Assembly: GCA_964016885.1 (NCBI GenBank)
Contig: OZ024741.1
Location: 97,030,001 to 97,094,000 of the forward strand
DNA: 64,000 bases
Reading direction: 5' to 3'
DNA from: Eledone cirrhosa
Lineage: Eukaryota
Position 1 is the stretch's first letter. Each line of letters opens with the position of its first letter. Below are positions 53,481-64,000 of the stretch, piece by piece. Under the pieces are notes generated by a model that saw only the letters and a program-made list of their open reading frames with translations, was not told the origin of the DNA and ran no database searches. Both the position numbers and the translations under genes were made by a program.

Positions 53481-56400
53481 ATGTCTGGAAAGCAACAAAT
53501 GAAATCAACAGAATCAGAAAGAACTCTAAAGGAGATATCATCGAAATTATCAACACTTATCACGATGATGTACACACAATCCTCTATTTTAAAGGAAATA
53601 GAAAAACAATCTACAGACGGAAAACTTATAACTGAACATATAAACTCTGAAATTAAGAATTTAGCTGAAATTATACCAACAGTTATCAAAGATACAAGAG
53701 AAAGTCTACCGCAACCCCCTTGGATGTCAGAAATAAACGAAAGAAATTTGGAAAACAAAACACATCGAATAAGAAAAGAAATGTGGAAGACATGGAAAAA
53801 ATTCCTTAACATGAGAAAACAAAATTTCTGGAAAGCATACAAATGCGAAAAATATGTCGAAAAACATTCGAAATGGCTCTCTCTAACGGCACCCATACTC
53901 CCTCGTAAATACCTAATTACAGAAATTGCAGGAGAACCAGAAGAAGAAACAAAACTCCGATGGGAACTTACATTGACAAAATTCAGGACCGACATCTCCA
54001 TTTCTGAATGTAAACAATCCCGCTACAAAGCCAAATATGAAGCTATTGATGACCAAATTGAAGTTGAAATTTCAAAGCTAACGACTGGTATTATAGCTGA
54101 AAAACTACGAGAACTATGGATCAGAGATATCTCAAAAGAAGAAAACAAATCAAGAAAGGTATGGCAGCAGAAACAATTGTTTCTCGACGAATATGCTGAA
54201 AATTACGGTAAAGTCTCTGGAACCCTGAGAAAAAGCATTAAAAGTGGACAATCTCATCAACACAACATACGCCAGAACACGTGCTAACACAAACACTCAC
54301 CTTACCTTGAATCAAAGAAGCACTACGGTAATAACTCTTCGCTTTTTCTACAAAAACACCCTATCGCACACAACATGAACAAAAAGCATAAACACGATAG
54401 ATATTCCTTTGACCAGACCATGAGAAGTAGTAAAACCAGGAGATCATTCTCAAGATCTCAACAGAGACTACCAAAGAGGAATGTGGAAACAAAACGTAGA
54501 ATAACAAGATCACTCTCAAGATCTCAACAGAGATTGCCCACAAGAAACTGGACGAAAAAACGATCTAAACCTGAAAGCAAACCTAGGTCATTTCCCCAGA
54601 TTGTTAAAAATAATGCTAACAGGAAGAAAAATAATATACAGAATACCAAAAATAGGACAAAATACATAACGAAACCAAATATAATATCACGACCAAAAGT
54701 TCATCAAGCGAACACCAACAGGAATATAAATCCTGAACAGAGAAAAATCCATTTATTAACGTCAGGACAACAAAAACCGGAAAAAGAAAAACTCCAGGAG
54801 GAAACATACCCAAAACAACTGTACACGTAGATCCTAAAATATTTAATTTATCTAAAAGAGATCTTGACAATGATGAAATGCAAATTCTGTCAAAAGGACT
54901 GAAATTCGCACCGACTCCAACAGTCAACCACCAAGAACTGAAGGAGGATACCCAAGAATTCTGTCGAAAATTACGTCTTGTAGAATTCTTCGCTGATAAA
55001 AGTAATGAGAGTGATGAATCACTAGTAAAGAATAAATCAAATTTCACTCAGCCAAAAGGAAGAAATATCTATCTCGACCAATACATTGACATCCTGTCTA
55101 AATTTCCTCTTAGACATAATACTAATGTTAGGCCAAACATTAACAAATCAGAAATGTCTGCACTTAAACGTATACAACATGATAAAACAGTAATAATTAA
55201 ACAAGCAGATAAAGGGGGTGCAGTTGTTATAATGGATACTGAATACTACAAGGATTTGGTTGAGGAACAACTGAAAGACACAACATTCTATCATGAAATA
55301 CCGTCAAATATAGACCACAACATCATGAAGAAGATCAACAACCTGGCTTCAAAATACCACAACTCACTTACTGATAAGGAAAGAGACTACATCACCAATT
55401 TTGAGCCGAAACCCAGCAACCTGTATGACCTACCGAAAGTTCATAAGTCAAAAGAAATCCAACTGGCAGTAAGAGAACAAAACAGTGAGTACATTAAATT
55501 ATTACACCCAAAGGACTTAAAACTTAGACCTATTATAGCTGGTCCAACATGCCCCACCCACCGTCTAAGCAATTTTGTTGACATTATTTTGAAATCACTA
55601 TGTATTCACATACCCAGTTTCATCCGGGATGATATCGACTTCCTGTCCCATCTTCCCAAAACCACGGAAACGAATTCACTTCTACTCAGTTTTGATGTGG
55701 TAAGCCTTTACACCAACATTACACATGATTTAGGAATAAAGGTGGTTAAATACTGGGTGGAAAAACATAGAGAAGTGATTCCCATCAGATTCACAGCGAC
55801 ATTTATATTAGACACAGTTAAACTTATTCTGGAAAACAACACTTTCTTCTTCAATGGAAAGAATTACATCCAAATTAGAGGCACAGCGATGGGAACGAAG
55901 TTTGCTCCCGTTTACGCGAACTCTGTAATGGGATACTTAGAACAACAACTTGGAAGAGATACCTTGACGACTGTTTCATCATCTAGACAGAATCTCTAGA
56001 TACTCTGGATGAGTTCAATCTCCTCCTGAATAACCTACACCCATCTCTCCAATTCACAAAAGAGATGAGTAGGACCAAATTACCATTCCTAGATATAATG
56101 ATAATCAAAAACAACACCACCATTACCACGGATATATATTATAAACACACAGACACCCATCAATATCTGAATATTAATTCGTGCCATCCACCTCATACAA
56201 AACGCAACATCCCATACTGCCTAGCCAGAAGAATTTGTACCATTGTAGAAGATACGAATACCAGGTACAAACGCCTAACAGAACTAAGAGAATTTTTGCT
56301 CAAACAAAAATACCCATCTCTACTTATAGAAAATGGCATACAGCGGGCTATAAAAATACCTATACAACAACTTAGGACAACCCAAGGAAGAAGAAACCAA

Positions 56401-57007
56401 GAACTGGTCATACCATTTATAATGACACACAACCCATGTCACCAGAATATCTTCAACACTGCAAAAGCAAACCTACCGATCATTGCTCAAAGTAATGAAT
56501 TAAAAGGCTTAATCACAGATCGATCTTTGACTCTTAGTAAAAGACAGCCAAAAAAATGTGAAGCAATTACTAACAAAAGCAAAGTTTGACCTTAACAACA
56601 AAGACCAATCATTCACTGTATCTAAATGCAATGATAGTCGATGCGGCACATGTCAATCCATACACGCCGGTCAATATATGAAAACAAAAACTGGAAAAAT
56701 ATTCCCAAATGCAAATATGAACTGCAAAAGCAGAAATCTAATTTACTGCATTAAATGCCCGAATTGTGAAGAACTATATGTTGGTCAAACTGGAAATGCA
56801 CTATCGGAACGTGCACGGGTACACCGTCAACAAATCAGAGACCGAAATGTCCGTCAGATACCCCTAAGTAACCATCTAGCAACATGTGGTCAGGGAATAT
56901 TTATAATATTCCCATTCTACAAATTACACAGCCCAAGTGAAATCAAGAGAAAAATCAAAGAAAATAATTTTATTGATAAATTCAAACCCAAGCTAAATGA
57001 ACAATAA
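53481..57007 (+). pseudogene. Disrupted PLE polyprotein (long N-terminus, RT, GIY-YIG)
   Basis: KGLKFAPTP, ADKGGAVV, RPIIAG, FDVVSLYTNI, GTAMGT, CNDSRCGTC, IY..YVGQT; one stop and several frameshifts. Confidence 0.93.
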
Positions 57008-57398
57008 TAACGATTAGGGGTATTACTTCTACTATCACTATGACTACGACCACTAACAACAACAACAACAACAACAACTTCAATAATAATAATAATAAAA
57101 GTGATGTTGATGGTGATGATTAATAGAAAATGCTATTTTCATCATTTCTAAAAATAGCAAAACAATTGATGCTTTGGATATGATTAATTATTGGTCGTTA
57201 TACATGCTCAACCAGCCGTGACGCTTAAACCAATCAGCTTTAGTAATTCAGTGAAACTACACACTGATTGGTCGAAATACAGTTTGTAAGACTTAGGATT
57301 CTGGAGCCACTTTTCCCTGTATAAAATGTATAAAAGGTAGAAAATTTACCCATCTTATTACAGTTGAAAATTGCAAACTTGACTGTCACCACATATTA

Positions 57399-57437
57399 TG
57401 AACCTGAAGATTGCGAAAGCATGAAAGTACTTGTTCA
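57399..57437 (+). ncRNA. Minimal hammerhead (second pLTR)
   Basis: Same as 53252 with a GAAA loop in stem II. Confidence 0.85.
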
Positions 57438-57564
57438 ATTAACACTTAGAATTTAATATTCTATCATACTATTTCATTATAATACCATTATAAATTTTAA
57501 AGGATTGTAAATAAAACGAGCATATTATCTTCTATACACAATCATACACACCCGTGTATATTTA

Positions 57565-57648
<84 letters not shown>

Positions 57649-59903
57649 CAGTGGCGTATCTCGGATAAACGGCCCCCGAGGCAAGCATCAAAATTCCCCC
57701 CCCCCCCCCCCCCCCCCCGTTAAAAAGTCAAGATCCACAAAGACGAAATTGCGGTAGAATTTATAATAAAAAAAGAAAAAACGGTTACGACTTGATTTTT
57801 CGGGCTTTTAATGAGGCAAACTTGTTGATAATTTCCTCGAAATTAGTTCGTTCAAACTCTTCGATTTCTACACTCAAAAGGGCGAGGTCAGTCAGCCGTT
57901 GTTGGCGTATTGAGGTTCGCAAATACGAATGTATTAGCTTCTGCTTGCTGAACAACCTCTCGTAACTGGCAATTAAAATAGAAATCGTCAACATTATTTG
58001 AATACTGATTCGCAAATTTGGAAAAACACATTCATCGCCGTATTGAATGACGAAGTGGAGAAGTGCCTCCGGCTTTAAAATTGGGTCAGCTTTCCTAGTA
58101 GCCAGCAAAGATCGGCAGTCCAAGATTTCCTCATACAATTGCTCTCCGACGATGTTGGAGTTGTATAGTTCCGCAAGACTGTTACACCTTTGTTTAAGGA
58201 CAAGGTTATCAGCACCAGCCAAATAAAACAGATAGTTGACATCAAGAAGAAAGCCAAAACTTGAGTCGGTTTCCTTAAGTCGAATAAATCGTTCTTCAAT
58301 TTCTGTTTGAAGACGATCGTGTGAACTTTGCATTGCTCTCTCTATCTCTTTTCTGGCAGCCACCTCGACATCCTCAGTAATTTCGGTATTGGTTTGTCGT
58401 CTTCCTCGCCTCCTCGGAAAATCGTCATTCCATTTCAGGCGGAGGTCGAAGCCCATTTCAAGAGACTCGTGGATTAAGGATGTTCCTTCTTTAAAATAAA
58501 GTTGAAGGGCTCCTATATCAGTTGCAGCATCGTGAAAATTCATTCTTGGATCTTGAAGTCTCTTTTGAACCCGGTCAATTCGTGAGAGAATCGAATTCCA
58601 GAATCCAATCAAGTTCAGGAATTCATAACTCAGTATCCGATTATGGAGATTACTGGCATCACTTCTACTCTCGCATGTCTCTGTTTCATCATCACAAATT
58701 TTTTCGAGAACTTGAACAATCAGCGTCAAATAATTCGCCACAGGTCTGACTGCTGTACATCTAGCACTCCACCGCGTGTCGGAAGGATATTTAACAACCA
58801 CTGGAGCAAATTCTTTAAGGGCTCCCCATCGTCGTGTTGAATGAGAACAAATTTGTATAACGAGTCATTGCAACTGAAAAAGTTCATCTTAGCAGAATCG
58901 TCCTTGGCTGCATGAAGACCAGCCAGATTAAGTGAATGGTTATCGCAATTAACGAAGTGAATCAAATTATTCTTCTCTCATTCTCTGCTGAACCCCACTG
59001 CGGTGCCCAGCCATTATGGCAGCATTGTCGTGGCACTGCGATCGACAGTTCTGCAGTGGTAGGTCATCTTTTTCTAGCACTTTCACGATTGTTTCAACAA
59101 GGCTTGCGGCATCTTTTTGATTACTTGAATGAATTCAAGAAAAGATTCCCTCACAACGACCGTCTTCATATTGAAATCAACATCGACATATCACACAACT
59201 TTTGACAGTTGTTCTCGGTGCGCCTGGTCAGGGGTAGAATCAATCAGCAGATCATAGTATCTTGCTTTTTGGATACGATTTAGTAAATTCTGACGAACTG
59301 TATTATAGAAGAAAACATTGAACCATCTAAACTGGAGTCAAATTGAATCCTAATAGAAGCTATCCGATCCTATCTGGCCATTTGGATTATGATACCTTTT
59401 CTATACGTCTTATGTACCAGTTGTAAAAGAAAAACTACTCTGTTTTGGAAACCAGCTTCATAATTATAATTATCTTGTATTTATTGCAATGTATTGCTAA
59501 AGATAGCGCCTGCGTGTCCACCAGTTGCACGTCCAAAACTATGTCCCTTTAGTCAGTGTGTGTGTGTGTGTATGGGAGGGGGGGTCAAGTGAGGTATCCG
59601 CTGTTTTGCAATGTATAGCTAAAAATAACGCTCGCATAATTGCAACCCACCCTGCTGTCAGTGTGTGGGAGTGGGGGTGGGGTGGGGCGTTTTTGTGAAG
59701 TCAAATCAGACATCTGTTCTGTCTAGTGCACTAGACAAGGCGTGGAAGTCGTCTATCAAGAAATCACATGCTTCATTTTTGGCTTATATTTTTAAAAATG
59801 ATAAAAACGACATGGATGTAAATCGATCTAGGTCGAAATTGCGCCCCCTAAATATGGCGCCCGTGGTATATGCCCTGCTTGCCACACCCTAGCTACGCCA
59901 CTG
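57649..59903 (-). mobile_element. hAT (Tip100-like) DNA transposon, defective
   Basis: TIRs CAGTGGCGTA/TACGCCACTG; 8-bp flanks tataaata/tatatata. Confidence 0.9.
57785..59300 (-). pseudogene. hAT transposase remnant
   Basis: IDSTPDQAHREQLS, CDNHSLNL, TRWSAR, ERLFSKQKLI..LRTS..RLTDLALLSVE; frameshifts, N-terminus missing. Confidence 0.9.
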
Positions 59904-61089
59904 TATATATATATGTATATATATATACATACATATATAATATAGGCGATTATAATGGAATATTCCACACATACCTTTGGTAAGGTGAGAGAAGCTCAAT
60001 GCACATTAAAATTCCCAGTTTGTAAAGAAATTTAAAGCATACAAAATATTATTCGAAGCTAACGTTCTTGTCGTTGAGGACTGTACAAATAGTAAAGCAT
60101 TAGTATTTCTATGCAGAAAAACCAAGGTTAATCACTTAAATCCATTTTACTGGTGACAATAGTACATACATATAAAAACAATCGGAAAAAATTAATTAAT
60201 AATTATTAATACAACGCATAATACATATAACTGCTTTTCCTTAAGAAATAGTCAAATTTACTAAATTCCATTAAAAAGAATAAACCCCACGCCATATCAA
60301 ATATTGGGCGTAAAGCAAGAATTTTCGAAAGACTGTACAGGGAATTATTGTAACGTGCAAATTTGTGATTAAAGTTGATGTAAAAAGCGTTACCTCATTA
60401 TTTATTATAATATTATCCTTCTTTTTTCTTATATAATTAGAAGAATATTTGTTTTTCGTTAGAGACGATAGATAGGCAGTGATGTGGAAAGCGATCAAGG
60501 GAAGCGACATTTATTAAGAGGCGGTAGTAAGTATTTCGCGTAGAATGAATAAAGAAACATACGTAAAATATCATTAACATTAATATTAATCAGGTTCGAA
60601 GGTACAATGCTGACCCCATATTATCTTGTTAGTATTATCCATTCGAAAATTTAAACATTCGAAGAATTGATTTCACGTGGCAAACTCGAATGTTCTAAAG
60701 GAATGTTGTGGCAACTAGCCGTGTTTTTCTTTTTAATGAGGTTAATTAAATAATTAGCCTGAGTTACAACTTGTTAAATTATAGTTATATTACTCAGTGA
60801 ATTAATAATCACGGAACAATTAGTGGTGTTGGTTTAGAAAGTGTTTAGAAAGTTGTAACGTGTTAATAATACTTTTTATTTTGGTATACCGAAGTGTAAT
60901 GGTGCTTAGAAATGCATACAGACGCATATATCACACATAAATCACACACACCCACACAGACACACAAACACAAACACACACATATATTGTTTACTTATAT
61001 ATATATATAAACATATACAAACACACATATATGAACATATATGAATACGTATTATACAATATAAAATATCAAATATAGTTACATATATA

Positions 61090-61595
61090 TAATAATTGTT
61101 TCTACTTTTGGCATAAGGCCAGCAAAAACCAGCGTATTACTGGTACTTTATTTTATCAACCCCGTAAGGATGAAAGGCAAAGATAACCTCGGCAGGATTT
61201 GAACTCAGAATGGCAAGGGCCGTAACTCTATGCGGAAAAGAATGGCGTCCGACCCTCTATCGATACTGCCAATCCACCGTAATATTTGTTTCTACGTTTG
61301 GCACCAGGCCAACAAAAAAACAGTGCATTACTGGTACTTTATTTTATCGACCCCGTAAGGATGAAAGGCAAAGTTAACCTCGGCGGGATTTGAACTCAGT
61401 ATGGCAAGGGCCGTAACTCTATGCGTCACCATAATAATTGTTTCTACTTTTGGCATAAGGCCAGCAATTATCCCAGTGTATTACTGGTACTTTATTTTAT
61501 CGACCCCGCAAGGATGAAAGGCAAAGTTAACCTTGGCGGGATTTGAACTCAGTCCGTAAAGGGACGCAACTGTGCTGCAAAGCATGGCGTCCAAA
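61090..61595 (-). mobile_element. Three tandem SINE copies
   Basis: Core repeated at about 61095, 61287 and 61437. Confidence 0.85.
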
Positions 61596-63046
61596 GCATG
61601 TGTAGTGTGTATATTGATATTATACGCAAGTATATATGCATGTAGATATGATCAAATAAATTGTAATTGACAATATACACAGAAATTGAACAAAGACTGC
61701 GTTACACTGTCTCATGTAATCAGTAACGTAATCCATGATGCATTAAAAAAAGATGATATTATATTAAACTACAATAGGGTAATATAAGTGACGGATATAT
61801 ATGAATATTTATTTAAGCGATCGCTAACCGGAAGTGTTGACATTTGAAAAATTTAAAGAATAGAATCTTTAAATAAGTAATAAAATGTATTTAATGAACA
61901 GCCACGAAATTTAGTAGATTAATTATGTAATATTCATTTATTATTTATTCAAAGTAATCGAACTTATTTTACAAAATTAAAAACCATACGCAATCCCGCG
62001 CTCCTTACTTTATTATAGTTTAGATAGTTAAAATACACTTATATTGCATGCAATTTCAGAATATATGAAAAGAGTAGAGCAACAATCATTTTGTAAAGGA
62101 TACTGTCATATACACACATGTATATCACCTCAACAAAATGAAGCATTTTAAAAGTAAATAAATAATTCAGTGGACTATAATCTTAAATGAATATCGTATT
62201 ACTGATTTCTCATTTCTTATTGTTCCGGAAGAAGAGTGGGATATATTAATTGTTATATTAAAGTGCTAGAGCTGGAACCTATTAAATTATCGGGGAGATT
62301 TAAAGATTAAAGCTTATAAATAAATTAAATTTTAAAAATATTAGGCCATTGTGTGGTTAATCTTTAGTGAAGAAGATATAATTTGTAACGATTAGTAGAA
62401 GAAGAAGTCATTTATTATGCCAATAATTAATATATTAATTCATTAGTATATTATTTATTAGAGTGAATGAGTAAGGCATAGTAGAAAGGCGGAAAGAGGT
62501 ATCGATTAAACTAGTGAAGATTTTTCTAAATTTTACCAATTCATATGTTAAAATATTACATGTTTAAAGTTTAAATGGTAATGCTATTAGATATGCTAGT
62601 AGAAAGTTCGGGGACATTTATGTGGACAGGTGGAAAGAATCCCTAATTTTCTAATGAGAATAACATGTTTTGATTCTAAAATGTAGAGGCATTTAGTGAG
62701 AAATAAATTCCATCTTCGACCTCTCGGCTGGTAAGATTTTGTGACTTTCAAGATTTTCGAATAAATGGAATACACTGTAGAGCTCTCTTTGAGTTCCAAC
62801 TCATACCAGGTGACGTTGAATATAATATCTAGATCTAATATTATTTGAGGTAGCTCCTTTATATACCTTTTTGTAGCAGGGGTGGGTATACTATTGATAA
62901 ACTAAACTCGTTCTGTAGAAGTTATTTCTACATGAAATATTTGTACATGAATTTGTACATACATATTTGTACATGTATATAATATTGCTTGGTTTTATAA
63001 AAAAAGTATTCATAAACTTGTTCTCTAGAAGTCATTCCTTCATGAA

Positions 63047-63077
<31 letters not shown>

Positions 63078-63197
63078 CAGAGTCTGCAGGACCCCTCGGG
63101 TCCTGACTCTTTAGCTATTACCCACTCTACTACCCTAAGTATCGAGTACTCTGGTGCGTTATGGTCCACCTGGTTCTTTACCACACTTCCTTCGTTA
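63078..63197 (+). mobile_element. Family A tail fragment
   Basis: Matches 36666-36765. Confidence 0.75.
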
Positions 63198-63601
63198 TAT
63201 ATATATTAAGTGCTTTGATAAATATATTAAAAGTGGGAGAGACCTCAACACGTGGAAAGTGTGCGTGGTATATAGATATTAATTACGTTCATAAACTTGA
63301 GTCTGTCTAAATGAAAATGTGAAACAAAGAGGCAACGGAACAATTGTTCTTCAATGACATAATATTTAGTGATATGTTACTATCTATACATGTGTGTTTG
63401 AATGTGTTTGATTGTGGTTGGGTATTGTGTGTCTTCTCCGTGTGTATATGATCGAAAGTTATAAAAATTAAATCAACATTAAATGAAATAACTATGTCAG
63501 TATATATTTTTTCCTATATATTTGTGTGAAGAGCCAGATAGCCAGATATGGCGATACTGGAAGTTAATGTCACCTTCTAATCTATATATCTATTATACTA
63601 C

Positions 63602-63834
<233 letters not shown>

Positions 63835-63893
63835 CTCACTCACACAGATATGGCTGAACATAAAATTAATTCAGTTAGAAAGTAAATACTCAC

Positions 63894-63965
63894 CTTTTCC
63901 CGTTAAAGTCATCCTAGTATTCTGTATATAGATTGCCATAGCTACAGACACTATTTCCAATAAAG
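63894..63965 (-). CDS. Candidate 72-bp internal exon of an unknown host gene
   Basis: tttcatag acceptor, AAG|GTGAGT donor, open phase 1-1 frame [23 protein letters not shown]. Confidence 0.25.
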
Positions 63966-64000
63966 CTATGAAACATATAAATCATAGAGTCTCTCAAATA

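Larger units (their letters stand above)
52887..57570 (+). mobile_element. Full-length PLE (Naiad/Neptune-like) between direct pLTRs of about 550 bp
   Basis: 52887-53445 matches 57037-57570; starts in TA. Confidence 0.93.

Noticed and set aside
53481-57007. Selenoprotein-type Naiad recoding
   Set aside because: Breaks are TAA/TAG stops or frameshifts, zinc-finger Cys codons are TGT/TGC, and no SECIS was recognised
52887-57570. LTR retrotransposon
   Set aside because: No TG..CA ends, integrase or PBS; the RT and GIY-YIG are PLE-type
63522-63570. Hammerhead (GTGAAGA-gcca..tggc-GATA)
   Set aside because: Two core mismatches and no convincing stems I or III

Overview
AT-rich, repeat-saturated eukaryotic DNA. 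The SINE family and the density of (TA)n/(CA)n tracts suggest an octopod cephalopod (inference). No host gene is clearly supported; there is one weak 72-bp exon candidate at the right end. Most ORFs in the track are microsatellite artefacts. The window is dominated by Penelope-like retroelements (PLEs; RT plus GIY-YIG). These include one apparently intact 775-aa copy (43037-45364), a disrupted full-length copy between 550-bp direct pLTRs (52887-57570), several 5'-truncated copies with inverted pLTRs, and many 100-1000-bp fold-back or tandem non-coding derivatives. Nearly all are inserted in (TA)n. Reading both strands shows about 20 minimal type-I hammerhead ribozyme (HHR) motifs or half-motifs from about 11 distinct repeat families. 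Most have a palindromic stem III. Some have large stem II insertions, two families carry a compensatory U3:A8 core, and one carries U4C. In several mini-insertions the inversion junction lies at or near the predicted cleavage site. Also present: tandem non-autonomous Helitrons, a decayed hAT transposon with TIRs, RTE, Tx1/L1 and R4/Dong LINE fragments, and many SINEs. All folds and alignments were done by eye.
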